Shown here: in pieces, positions 42,815 through 52,301 of the stretch
How the letters are laid out: the number at the start of each line of letters is the position of its first letter
Position numbering within the stretch: the first letter of the stretch is position 1
NCBI GenBank assembly: GCA_963720545.1
Contig: OY970399.1
Location: 1,664,001 to 1,728,000, forward strand
DNA length: 64,000 nucleotides
Origin: an uncultured Acidobacteriota bacterium
Lineage (GTDB): Bacteria > Acidobacteriota > Vicinamibacteria > Fen-336
Direction of reading: 5' to 3'
The notes under the pieces: generated by a model
Databases searched by the model: none
What the model was told of the DNA's origin: nothing
The model's input: the letters and a program-made list of their open reading frames with translations, nothing else
Translations under genes and position numbers: made by a program

Positions 42815-44224
42815 TTACTGCGCTGCCACCTTCCAGTGGCCGGTCGCCTGATCGATCGTGATGCGGGTCGAGAAGCGCTGGGAAGCCTTCGCGACCTGAT
42901 TCAGGATCGCCTGGCCTCGTGCCCCGACCGCCACGCGCGGGGTTCCGCGTTGGGCCCGTCCGTCTCCGGACAGGAACGGGCCCGTATTGCCGAGCTCAAT
43001 GGGCAGGATCTCGATCGACTCGACGTCGTGACCCCGGAAGTGAGACAGGACGACCGCGCCATCCCACCAGTGGGCATTCTCGGGCAACAGGCTGTAGTCC
43101 GCGCCCTGTCCTTTCGGGTCGTACAAATCGCCCTCGAGCGCCAGCGGTGAGCCAACGCCGAACTCATCGTAGATGTCCTGGCTCTGGGGCGTCGTCGTCT
43201 CATATTGGAAGACGAAGTCGCCGAGGCTGTAGAAGATGGGCTTGCCCTTGTAGATCTCTATGCCGCGGAGCCGGTGGGGTCCGTGCACGATGAAGCTGGT
43301 GGCGCCCGCGTCCACGATCCGGTGTGCGACGTCGATCAGCCAGTCGGGAGGATCGTCGACCGTGGCCCCGCCCTCGTGGGAGTGGGTGGTGACGAGGACG
43401 AAGTCGGCCTGGCGTGCCGCGCTCCGCACGTTGCGCAGGATCCGCTCCACATCTTCATCGCGGGGCTGTTCGCGACGGCGCGTCTTGTCGGCCGGCACGA
43501 AGGTCTGGCCGAAAGCGCGCACGGAACTCGGTGGCTTCCCTGCCTCCTCCTTGGTGTGGAGGCTCGTGAGCAGTTCCCGCAGACTCTTCATGCCCTTGGC
43601 GTCCAGCTCGTAGCTCACATCCAGGCGCAAGGGGTTGAGCCCGGGCCGCCCTTGTACCTCGCCGCGCACTGAACCGGCGCGCAGAAAATCGTTGAACGTG
43701 CTGGCGAAGCTGATGAGCGCGACCCGGCCATTCCTGGTTTCGAAATACCTGGGCTGGCTCGCCATGCCCAGGTTGCGATCGACGCCGGCGTGCACGAGCC
43801 CGATCTCGTCCAGCGTCGCGTTGGTCGCCAGCATGCCCTCGATTCCGTAATCGCCCGAGTGGTTGTTGGCCCGCGACACCACGTCGAAACCCGCCCACTT
43901 CAAGGACAGCGCCACCTCCGGTTCGCCGCGCTCGTAGCCACCGCCGCTGCTGGCGGCCGGCCAGCCCTTGAACTCGGAGAAGCGGAACACCTGGCACTCC
44001 AGGTTGGTGAACGCCACGTCGGCGCCGCGCACCGCTTCGACCCAGCGAAGGAAGAGCGGATCGTCGAAGATGCGAAGGTCGCGGGTGATGAGCGAGTCGC
44101 CCGTGGCCGCGAGGGTCCATTCGTGCTTCGGGTCCATCTGCGCGACGGCCGGCGAGGCGATGAGAAGGATGAAGGCCGCGTGGGCGACGGCGCCGAGCGT
44201 GGTTTGTCCGGGCCGCCGCGTCAC
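42815..44224 (-). CDS. Secreted CapA-family metallophosphoesterase-fold protein
   Basis: TGD, NLE, ANNH.GDYG, HSHE, HGPH, YSLGDF; signal peptide; GTGA overlap with upstream gene. Confidence 0.88.
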   Translation of the reverse strand: MTRRPGQTTLGAVAHAAFILLIASPAVAQMDPKHEWTLAATGDSLITRDLRIFDDPLFLRWVEAVRGADVAFTNLECQVFRFSEFKGWPAASSGGGYERGEPEVALSLKWAGFDVVSRANNHSGDYGIEGMLATNATLDEIGLVHAGVDRNLGMASQPRYFETRNGRVALISFASTFNDFLRAGSVRGEVQGRPGLNPLRLDVSYELDAKGMKSLRELLTSLHTKEEAGKPPSSVRAFGQTFVPADKTRRREQPRDEDVERILRNVRSAARQADFVLVTTHSHEGGATVDDPPDWLIDVAHRIVDAGATSFIVHGPHRLRGIEIYKGKPIFYSLGDFVFQYETTTPQSQDIYDEFGVGSPLALEGDLYDPKGQGADYSLLPENAHWWDGAVVLSHFRGHDVESIEILPIELGNTGPFLSGDGRAQRGTPRVAVGARGQAILNQVAKASQRFSTRITIDQATGHWKVAAQ

Positions 44225-45957
44225 GGCTTCGCCGCCGCTGCGGCCGGGCTGGGCCGCGCCCGGTAGCCGGGTCCTCTCACCACCATCCCCGGCCGTGCCG
44301 CGGTGATCTTGCCGTCGTCCACGACCACCTTGCCATTCACCAGCACGTACGGGATCCCCGCTGCGAATTGATGCGGCTTCTCATAGGTGGATCGCTCCGC
44401 GATCGTCGCCGGGTCGAAGATCACGACGTCGGCATAAAAGCCCGGGTACAGAAGGCCGCGATCCCGAATCCCCAGGCGTTCTGCGGACAGCGAGGTCGCC
44501 TTGCGCACCGCGTCCTCCAGCGTCAGCAGGCCGAGCTTGCGAACGTACTCCTCGAAAATCCGAGGAAAGCTGCCGTACGCCCGCGGGTGGACTAGGCCGT
44601 TCGACAAGGGACCATCCGGCGCGACGCTCTGCCCGTCGGTCCCGAACCCGACCCATGGCCGGGGCATCGCGTAGCGCAGGTCGTCCTCGTTCGTGATGAG
44701 CACCGTATCGCCGGCGTCGCCGGCGAGGATGATGTCGAGCACCAGGTCGCGCGGGTCCTTTTTCTCGGCTTCCGCCGCCTCGGCCAGGGTCTTGCCCTGG
44801 TATTTCTCCGCGACGGCGTTGCCTCGGGCGTCGGTGATCGAGAAGCCCGCGGGCCCACCGCCGGCGCCCAGGTACTCGTTCTCCCATTCTGCTCCGGGCG
44901 TCGCGAACTCGGTCTTGATGCGCTCGCGTGTCGCCGGATCCTTCAGCCGCCCGACAATTGCCTCGCGGCCGCCTTCCTGCGCCCAGGGCGGCAGCAACGG
45001 CGTGAACGACCCGCCGGCCCGCACGTAGGGGTAGAGGTCCGCTGTGATGTCGAGGCCCTCCTTCCGAGCAGCCTCGATCCTGGCGACGATCTGAGGCATC
45101 CGGCCCCAGTTCTGCTGGTAGGTCACCTTGAAATGCGTCACGTGCGCCGGGATGTGCGCCTCGCGCGCAATGCGGAACACCTCTTCAATGGCGCTCTCGA
45201 CGTGATCGCTTTCGCTGCGGATGTGCGACTGGTAGTAGCCCCCGTACTCGGACGCTACCTTGGCCATCTCTATCAGCTCTTCGGTCCGGTTGTAGCGATC
45301 CGGTGAGTACATGAGCGCCGAGTACAGCCCCATAGCGCCGTCCTGCATCGCCCCGCGGACGATGGCCTTCATCTGCTCGAGCTCGTTTTTGCTCGCCGGC
45401 CGGTCGGCGTGGCCGATCACCATCTCGCGCGGATTCAGGGTGCCGATGTGGGTGGCGAAATTGACGGTGGGGGGCGTGCGCTCGAGGCGGCGGAAGTAGT
45501 CGCCGAGGGTGCGCCAGTCGGGTTTGATGCCGAGGCGCTCGTACTCGTCGCGACGAGCGGCGAGAAAAGCTTCGTTCACCGGCGCGATCGACTCGCCCTC
45601 ACCCTCGACCTCAAGGGTGATGCCTTGGGTCACCTTGCTGGCCGCACGGCCGTCGACAAGGAGCTTCCAGGAGGCGTGGCTGTGCATGTCGACGAAGCCT
45701 GGACACACCACCCGGCTGGCGGCGTCGATCCGGCGCGCTGCCTTCGCCTTCGAGAGGTCGCCGATCGCGGCGATGCGCTTGCCGCGGATGCCCACGTCGC
45801 CCCGGAACCAGGGATTGCCGGTGCCGTCGACGATATGGCCTCCCGAAATCACGAGATCGAACGGCGGGTCCACAGGCGCCGGCGTGGCAGCCGCTACCGC
45901 CGTCAGCGACAGGGCGAGTAGGGATAGACGTCCGTTACGGGTCCAGCCTCTCGACAT
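44221..45957 (-). CDS. Secreted N-acyl-D-amino-acid deacylase family amidohydrolase
   Basis: DGTGNPW, PGFVDMHSH, HIRSE, THFK, DLYPY, HPRAYGSFPR; true start ATG 45957. Confidence 0.9.
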   Translation of the reverse strand: MSRGWTRNGRLSLLALSLTAVAAATPAPVDPPFDLVISGGHIVDGTGNPWFRGDVGIRGKRIAAIGDLSKAKAARRIDAASRVVCPGFVDMHSHASWKLLVDGRAASKVTQGITLEVEGEGESIAPVNEAFLAARRDEYERLGIKPDWRTLGDYFRRLERTPPTVNFATHIGTLNPREMVIGHADRPASKNELEQMKAIVRGAMQDGAMGLYSALMYSPDRYNRTEELIEMAKVASEYGGYYQSHIRSESDHVESAIEEVFRIAREAHIPAHVTHFKVTYQQNWGRMPQIVARIEAARKEGLDITADLYPYVRAGGSFTPLLPPWAQEGGREAIVGRLKDPATRERIKTEFATPGAEWENEYLGAGGGPAGFSITDARGNAVAEKYQGKTLAEAAEAEKKDPRDLVLDIILAGDAGDTVLITNEDDLRYAMPRPWVGFGTDGQSVAPDGPLSNGLVHPRAYGSFPRIFEEYVRKLGLLTLEDAVRKATSLSAERLGIRDRGLLYPGFYADVVIFDPATIAERSTYEKPHQFAAGIPYVLVNGKVVVDDGKITAARPGMVVRGPGYRARPSPAAAAAKP

Positions 45958-45983
45958 CGAAACCTCCGTATCGCGTGCGGGCC

Positions 45984-48752
45984 CTAGTAGTCGACCTTGG
46001 CTCCCAGCATCAAGCGGCGAGGCGCGAGCACGTCTTTCGGCGCATGGTAGATATCGGATGTGGCCAGGTCGCTGCGGAAGGCGGTCGCAACGTTGCCGTT
46101 GAACACGTTCAGGAGGTTCGCGATCAACGAAAGACGGGCATCGCCCTTCCCCAGGTTGAAGTCCTTCTGCAGCCTCAGGTTCAGGACGTCGATGTTCTCG
46201 AAGCGCCGGTCGCTGGCTCGCGGCAGTGTCTGGACGGTGCTGTTGAGTCCGGTCTCCTCGATGCGCACCTGCCGCTGCGTCGGGTAGCCCGTGAGATAGG
46301 ACCAGTCGGCAGCCAGGGTCATGCCCAACGGAAGTCCCGCGTAGAGGAACTGGGTCTTGGCCAGTATCCGGCGGTCGCGAAAGGCCAGGCCGTCCGAGTT
46401 GATGTAGTTGTTCGGATCGCGGCCGTACTCGCGGAAGTTGAGCTGGGCGGTGCTGCCGAAGATGTGGTCGCTCGTCGCCTTCTGCACGGTGAGGGCGGTG
46501 GTGAGCTGCCACTTCGAGGCCATCCGCTTGGTGGCGGTCACGGTGAACGCATTCACGTCCGCTTTCGTGTCGCGGCCAGTGGTCAGCAGGAACCGGCGCG
46601 CGCCGCGATCGTTCTGGAGCTGCAATACGTTGAAGGTGCGCCCGGACGCGTCGACTCCAACGTCGTCCACATAGGGCACCGGCGCATAGATGCCCCCCAC
46701 GTCTTCCCAGTTGCTGAGGTGGCGGCCGCGTTTCATCACGAACGTGGCGGCGACGTTCAGTGTCTTGAAAAGCTCGTGTTCGAGGCTGAGAGTGAACTGA
46801 TCGGTCCGCGCCGGTTTCAGGTCCGGATCGACGGCGGCGTTCGACGGCGTGCTGTTCACCACGATGTTTTCAAACTGGCCGGTCACGAAGTTCCAATCGC
46901 CGAGCAGGCTCTGCACGCGGGTCGGCGAGGTGGCGGCGCTCCACTCTCCGGTGTTCCCGGCGCGGTAATAACGCCCGTAGTGTCCCTTGAGGACGGTCTT
47001 CCCATCGCGGGAGAGCTTGAGGTTGAAGCCGATCCGCGGCGCCACGGTGTTCCAGTTGTAGACGTCGGAACCCTTGACGATCTCGCTCGTTGCGTTGCCG
47101 AGCTCGTCCGACACGGGCTGGTCGGTGAACCTCGCCTTGGTGTTGTCGTAGCGCAGCCCGGCGTTGAGTTGGAGGCGCTCACCCACCTGCACGGAGTCGT
47201 CGGCGAATGCGCCCACCGTCTTCACGGTGCCACCGTAGAAGTAGGGCTGGTAGTCGTAGCCGTACCCGGTGATGGAATCGGAGCTGTAAACACGATCGTT
47301 TACGCCATAAATGCCGTCGACCGGTGCGTTCGAATACTGGATGCCGAACTTGAAGTCGTGGCCCGCGCCAAGGAACTCGTCGGCGTGATGCGACAGCTTC
47401 GCGTTTATCGAAGTGCGACTCGTTTCGTACTCATACCAGCCGAAGATCGCGCCGCTGGCGTCGCCCGTCTCGAGGTTCTCGAAGCGGGTTCCCACCACCC
47501 GCTTGCCGCCGCCAGCGCCGCAGCACTTGTGGTCGACGTAGTAGCCCGCGTACTGCGCTTCGAGCAGCGTGTTGCTGTTGAGGGCGCCGCTGTAGGCAAC
47601 GCTCGTCGTCGTCGTATGGCGGCCGGTTCCCTCGGCGGTCTCGGGGGCCTGTCCCGGGAAGCGCCCCTCGTCGTGCTGGGCCACGTCGTAGTTAACGACG
47701 CCGGTCAGCTGGTGCCCCGGCTGCAACTGGAAGTTGAGTTTTCCGAGGTAGTGATCGAGTTGATCGTTGCCCGCCTGGTCGGCGGGCACCGTGGGCTGGG
47801 CAGACGAGTCGCGGAGCCGTTCGTACGACGTGAAGAACCACATCCTGTCCTTGATGATCGGACCTCCGAGCTGCGCCGTGAAGTTGCGATAGTGCAGCCG
47901 GGTGAAAGGATTGCCGTCGTCGATGTCCTGGGTCGTGTTGCGGGAAGTCAGGCCGTCACTTTGATAGTAGAAGGCGGCGCCGCCGCGAAAGCGATTCGTG
48001 CCCTGGCGCGTGACGACGTTGAAGACGGCGCCCTCATGGTCACCGTACTCCGCGGGCGCGCCGAGCGACAGGACCTCGATCTGCTCGATCGTGTCGATGC
48101 TGGGCTGGACCAGTGTTGTCGCGTTGCCGTTGAAATGGTCCGTGACGTTGACGCCGTCCAGCTGATAGAGGTTCTGGTCCACGTTGCTGCCGAACGATGC
48201 CGGCTGCAGTCGCGTCCCGTCCGGCGCCGGATCGACGCCGGGCGCGTTGGCCAGGATGTCCATGTAGCTCTTGCGTTCGTTCGGAGCGCCGGCGATCCAG
48301 TCGCGGTCGTAGGTCGTCTCGACCTTGGCCGAGGTGGTGTCCACCACTTCCTCGCTGGCTTTCACCGTGATCGCCTCGACCTGGCCCGCGAGCTTCAGGG
48401 TCACATCCTCGGTAATCGTGGCGCCGACACGAACCCGGACGTCCGTGCGCTTCGTCGTGCCGAAGCTGGCCAGGGTGAAGGTCAGCTCGTAAGTCCCCGG
48501 CGGCAGGGAATTGAAGCGGTACTGGCCGCGCTCGTCGGTGGTGAAAGTGTGAACACCCATCACGCGGTCGCCGGCAAGCTCGACCCGGACACCGGGGAGC
48601 GTGGCACCCGATTCGTCCTTCACGGCGCCGACGACCCGGCCGGTGGATGCGACCTGGGAGCGGGCCGGAGCTGCCGTCACCGTGATGAGGGCGAGGGCGA
48701 CGAGCGTTGCCGTCCTCGAGCTGCTCCAACGGGCCTGCTGACTTCTCGACAT
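45984..48752 (-). CDS. TonB-dependent receptor (acidobacterial type)
   Basis: Signal peptide, PAEYG...NVVTRQGTN plug, GLRYD, PRRLMLGAKVDY; AGGAGG RBS. Confidence 0.9.
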   Translation of the reverse strand: MSRSQQARWSSSRTATLVALALITVTAAPARSQVASTGRVVGAVKDESGATLPGVRVELAGDRVMGVHTFTTDERGQYRFNSLPPGTYELTFTLASFGTTKRTDVRVRVGATITEDVTLKLAGQVEAITVKASEEVVDTTSAKVETTYDRDWIAGAPNERKSYMDILANAPGVDPAPDGTRLQPASFGSNVDQNLYQLDGVNVTDHFNGNATTLVQPSIDTIEQIEVLSLGAPAEYGDHEGAVFNVVTRQGTNRFRGGAAFYYQSDGLTSRNTTQDIDDGNPFTRLHYRNFTAQLGGPIIKDRMWFFTSYERLRDSSAQPTVPADQAGNDQLDHYLGKLNFQLQPGHQLTGVVNYDVAQHDEGRFPGQAPETAEGTGRHTTTTSVAYSGALNSNTLLEAQYAGYYVDHKCCGAGGGKRVVGTRFENLETGDASGAIFGWYEYETSRTSINAKLSHHADEFLGAGHDFKFGIQYSNAPVDGIYGVNDRVYSSDSITGYGYDYQPYFYGGTVKTVGAFADDSVQVGERLQLNAGLRYDNTKARFTDQPVSDELGNATSEIVKGSDVYNWNTVAPRIGFNLKLSRDGKTVLKGHYGRYYRAGNTGEWSAATSPTRVQSLLGDWNFVTGQFENIVVNSTPSNAAVDPDLKPARTDQFTLSLEHELFKTLNVAATFVMKRGRHLSNWEDVGGIYAPVPYVDDVGVDASGRTFNVLQLQNDRGARRFLLTTGRDTKADVNAFTVTATKRMASKWQLTTALTVQKATSDHIFGSTAQLNFREYGRDPNNYINSDGLAFRDRRILAKTQFLYAGLPLGMTLAADWSYLTGYPTQRQVRIEETGLNSTVQTLPRASDRRFENIDVLNLRLQKDFNLGKGDARLSLIANLLNVFNGNVATAFRSDLATSDIYHAPKDVLAPRRLMLGAKVDY

Positions 48753-48810
48753 GACACCCTCCTAGGCAAGGGAAGGAACGAGCGGGCCGCACGGCGAGTC
48801 CTTGTTCGGA

Positions 48811-48949
48811 TGAACACGTGAACAATAATCTGTGAGAGCAATCGCTGTCAAGCACTGTGAACACGCCTACAAACTCTGCCGGACCCTGGTCCTGCCGAGC
48901 GAAAGGCGTTGACAGGAAATGGTGTTCACGCTATTGTTCACATGTTCTC
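48811..48949. promoter_or_regulatory. Divergent sigma70 promoters sharing a TGTTCAC(A/G)TGTTC operator
   Basis: Plus: TTGACA(48909)-N17-TATTGTTCACATGTTC; minus: TTGACA(48851)-N18-TATTGTTCACGTGTTC. Confidence 0.75.
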
Positions 48950-49014
48950 GTTCATTGCAGCCGAGCAGTCGCCTCGAGGAGATCGATGCTCATGACGGCC
49001 CATCGGGCAGAGCA

Positions 49015-50169
49015 GTGACGACCACGACCGCCGCGGCGAAGGGCTCGATCTTCGAACGCCTGGGCGTCAAGCCGGTGATCAACGCCTGCGGCGTCTACAC
49101 CGACCTCGGCGGCTCGGTGCTCTCCCCGGGCGCCTGGGCGGCCATGGCCGAGGTCAATGGCTCCTTCGTCAGCATGATCGAGCTGCTCGACCGCACCGGC
49201 GCGATCCTCGCCGCGAAGGTCGGCGCCCAGGCGGCGCGGGTCACCCCGGGCGCGTCGGCCGCCATCGCCCTGGGAACGGCCGCCTGCCTCACCGGCACCG
49301 ATGGCGAGCTGGGCCAGCAGCTGCCGGATACCACCGGCCTCAGCAGGACCGAGGTGCTGATCCAGCACGGCCATCGTTATAAATACGATCGCTGCGCACG
49401 GCTTGCGGGCGCGAAGCTCCGCGCCGTGAGTGCCGAGACCCTCGACCAGCTGAGCTCCGCCATCAGACCGGAGACTGCCGCCATCCTGCATCCGGCTCAT
49501 CTGGACGGGCGGCCGGGCACGGTGCGCCTCGCGGATGTGTCTCGCATCGCCCGCTCCAAAGGCGTGCCAGTGTTCGTGGACGCTGCCTATGCGAACGACC
49601 CTCCCGAGCGCATGCGGACCTTCGTCGCCGACGGGGCCGACCTCGTGTGCTTCAGCGCCAAATATTTCGGCGGTCCCAACGCGGGAGGCTTCATCGCGGG
49701 CCGCGCCGACCTCATTGCCGCGGTCACCAGCGCCGACTTCACGCGTTACGAATCGGGGAAGTACCTGAAATTCGGCCGCGCCTTCAAGCTCGATCGCCAG
49801 ATCGTGGTGGCAGTGGTGGCCACTCTCGAGGAGTGGTTTGCCATGGACCACGCGGCGCGCTGGGCGGGCTACAGGAAAAAAGCCGAATTCCTGGTCGCGA
49901 ACCTCGCCGGGGTCCCGGGGATCAAGGCGTCGGCCGAATGGTTCACGATGGATGAGCGGCTCGTGACCGAGCGCGCGAACTGCGCCGCGATCCGCTTCCT
50001 GCCCGGCTCCCGGCACACGGCCGCCTCGGCTTCCGCCGCGCTGCTGGCGGGCGATCCGAAGATCGCCACGGTGGTGCTGGGTGACGTGCTCGTCGCCGGC
50101 GTGGATTCGGTCCTCGACGGACAGGAGGAATTCCTGGGGCGCGAACTGCGGCGCGTCCTGTCGAACTGA
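49015..50169 (+). CDS. SelA-like PLP-dependent enzyme (DgaE-related)
   Basis: LGVKPVINACG.YT.LGGS, VFVDAA, ADLVCFSAKYFGGP; lacks the N-terminal tRNA-binding domain of true SelA. Confidence 0.82.
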   Translation: MTTTTAAAKGSIFERLGVKPVINACGVYTDLGGSVLSPGAWAAMAEVNGSFVSMIELLDRTGAILAAKVGAQAARVTPGASAAIALGTAACLTGTDGELGQQLPDTTGLSRTEVLIQHGHRYKYDRCARLAGAKLRAVSAETLDQLSSAIRPETAAILHPAHLDGRPGTVRLADVSRIARSKGVPVFVDAAYANDPPERMRTFVADGADLVCFSAKYFGGPNAGGFIAGRADLIAAVTSADFTRYESGKYLKFGRAFKLDRQIVVAVVATLEEWFAMDHAARWAGYRKKAEFLVANLAGVPGIKASAEWFTMDERLVTERANCAAIRFLPGSRHTAASASAALLAGDPKIATVVLGDVLVAGVDSVLDGQEEFLGRELRRVLSN

Positions 50170-50193
50170 CAGCTACATTCGAAGAGGTGGCGA

Positions 50194-51306
50194 ATGGCGA
50201 TGATGGGTCGGCTGCTTTGTCTACTGGTTGCGTCCTCGGCAGCTGCTTCGGCCGCGCCGCTTCCCGACCTGCACACGGTCGTGGTGAAGCCCGGCGCGGG
50301 CGTGCGGCTCGACCAATACATGAACGCCCTCACCGCGGCGGGCTTCAGCGGCACGCTGCTGGTGGCGAAGGACGGCGAGATCCTGATCCACAAGGGCTAC
50401 GGAATGGCCGATCGCGAGCGCAAGATCCCGTGCGGCCCTGACACGGTCTTCGACATCGGCTCGATCACCAAGCAGTTCACGTCCGCCGCCATCCTGCGGC
50501 TCGAGATGGCCGGGAAACTCAGCACCACCGATCGTCTCGACAAGTACTTCCCCGACGCCCCGAAGGACAAGGCCGGCATCACCCTCCATCAGTTGCTGAC
50601 CCACACCTCCGGCCTGGACCATGGCTATGGTGAGGACACCGACTACGCGCCGCGCGACCTTGCGATCAGCGTGTTCATGAAGATGCCGCTGATGACGCCG
50701 CCGGGGAAACAGTACCGCTACTCGAACTCGGGCTTCAGCATCCTGACCGCGATCATCGAGAAGGTCACAGGCGGCAGCTACGAGAAATACCTCGCCGACA
50801 CCTTCTTCGCTCCTGCCGGGATGACGCAGACCGGCTACGTGCTGCCCGCCTGGAACATGGACCACATGACGCGCAACTACAGCGGCGAGAAGGACAACGG
50901 ATTCACCTTCAACCGCAGCTGGGGGCCCGAGGGTCCGTACTGGCACTGCTACGGCAACGGCTGCATCTTGAGCACCACCGGCGACATCTACCGCTGGGAG
51001 CAGTCGCTGCAGAACAACGTCGCGCTGTCGGCCGAGGCGCGCCGCAAGCTGTGGACACCGTACGTGGCGGTCGATGGAGAAGGCAAGGGCTCGTACGCCT
51101 ACGGCTGGCGCGTCGGCAAGACCGATCGCGGCACGTCCTACATCGGCCACGGCGGCGGCTCGGACTTCGGGGTGTGGTGCCTCTTCTTCCGCTTCCCGGA
51201 AGACCACCTGCTCGTGGTGTTGTTCTCCAACCAGAGCCCGGTCCCTGGTGGCGACAGTCAGGCGGATTTCGCCGCCCGGCTCTCGGCCGTGGCGGTCGGG
51301 CAGTAA
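50194..51306 (+). CDS. Secreted serine hydrolase (beta-lactamase/D-peptidase fold)
   Basis: GSITK, LLTHTSG, YSN, HGG; signal peptide. Confidence 0.9.
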   Translation: MAMMGRLLCLLVASSAAASAAPLPDLHTVVVKPGAGVRLDQYMNALTAAGFSGTLLVAKDGEILIHKGYGMADRERKIPCGPDTVFDIGSITKQFTSAAILRLEMAGKLSTTDRLDKYFPDAPKDKAGITLHQLLTHTSGLDHGYGEDTDYAPRDLAISVFMKMPLMTPPGKQYRYSNSGFSILTAIIEKVTGGSYEKYLADTFFAPAGMTQTGYVLPAWNMDHMTRNYSGEKDNGFTFNRSWGPEGPYWHCYGNGCILSTTGDIYRWEQSLQNNVALSAEARRKLWTPYVAVDGEGKGSYAYGWRVGKTDRGTSYIGHGGGSDFGVWCLFFRFPEDHLLVVLFSNQSPVPGGDSQADFAARLSAVAVGQ

Positions 51307-51322
51307 CGACGGCGCGCGCCGG

Positions 51323-52213
51323 CTAGTCGACGTGGAAGGTGTTGATGCCGTCAATCGCCGAGAAGAAGCGCGCCGCTTCGATCATGTCCTTGGCTGTGAA
51401 CACGACGGTGTTGCCGTTGATGCGTTCGGTGCCCGGCAGGTAGGACATCAACTCGGCGTCCACGACGTTCTTGAAGCGGATCTCCATCTTCACGGGACGT
51501 GTGAGGCGCCAGGGCTTGATCTCGGCGCGGCGCTCGACCCCCCGCCGCACGCCTGCAGCGATCCGGCGTTGTGCCTCTTCGGGGTGAATCGTGCGGACTG
51601 CGAAAAAGCCGAGCGCCTTCTTGACGACCGCCGTCTCGATGGGGCCCAGCAGCTTCTGCGTGTGCGCCGTGACGGTCTGATCGCCGGAGATGAAGACGAC
51701 CGGCACGCCGAACTCCCCCGCTATGGCCGCGTTGAACCCGGACTCCGCGACCGCCGTCCCGTTGAGCTTGATCTCGACCATCCCGTTCATGGTGTGGGCC
51801 AGGGTGCCGTCGCGCTCGCCCTCGGCGGCGTGATAGCCGATGAAGACGACGGCCGCGAAGCTCTCGTCGATGCCGTCCATCATGCTGAGTGGCCGCGGCC
51901 CGCCACGGACCAGCTCCACGCGTTTGTCGAGCTGCTCGATGTCGAGGTTCTGGGAGTCGCCGTGGGAGTCGCTCACGAGCACGCTGGTCGCCCCGGCGTC
52001 ATAGGCGGCAGCGATCGCTACGTTCACTTCCTTGGTCATGAGCTGGCGGAACTTCTCGTACTCGCGTCCCTTGGAGCCGGCCTGGACGGCCCAGGTCGCC
52101 ACCCCCTCGACGCCTTCCATGTCTGCCGAGATGTAGACCTTCACCGGCTTCGCCGGGGGTTGGGCGGCTCCCGCAGCGAGCGCCGCAACGAGCGCTGAAA
52201 CAAGGACCATCAT
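51323..52213 (-). CDS. M55 D-aminopeptidase (DppA-like) with signal peptide
   Basis: KVYISADMEG, DSHG, RPLSMM.G, GYHA, LAHT, SGD. Confidence 0.92.
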   Translation of the reverse strand: MMVLVSALVAALAAGAAQPPAKPVKVYISADMEGVEGVATWAVQAGSKGREYEKFRQLMTKEVNVAIAAAYDAGATSVLVSDSHGDSQNLDIEQLDKRVELVRGGPRPLSMMDGIDESFAAVVFIGYHAAEGERDGTLAHTMNGMVEIKLNGTAVAESGFNAAIAGEFGVPVVFISGDQTVTAHTQKLLGPIETAVVKKALGFFAVRTIHPEEAQRRIAAGVRRGVERRAEIKPWRLTRPVKMEIRFKNVVDAELMSYLPGTERINGNTVVFTAKDMIEAARFFSAIDGINTFHVD

Positions 52214-52246
52214 GTTTCCCTCCCGCTTGCTGGTATGTTTGTTGAC

Positions 52247-52263
52247 TTGTTCTACAATACGAC
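52247..52263. promoter_or_regulatory. Candidate GntR operator
   Basis: TTGTTCTACAATACGAC, similar to sites at 55125 and 56582. Confidence 0.65.
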
Positions 52264-52301
52264 ATAATGCTGCACGAGAGGCAAGTTTCGGGGAGGATGC
52301 G

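Noticed and set aside
42815..44224. Poly-gamma-glutamate capsule synthesis operon
   Set aside because: No capB or capC in the window; neighbours are hydrolases and an importer
47515..47530. Vicinal Cys-Cys (DHKCCG) in the TonB receptor as a metal site
   Set aside because: Single motif with no conservation evidence available
45975..48821. 948-aa plus-strand ORF
   Set aside because: Antisense mirror of the TonB receptor
49015..50169. Selenocysteine synthesis locus
   Set aside because: Short SelA-like protein; no selB, selD or tRNA-Sec; both tRNAs have Ser anticodons
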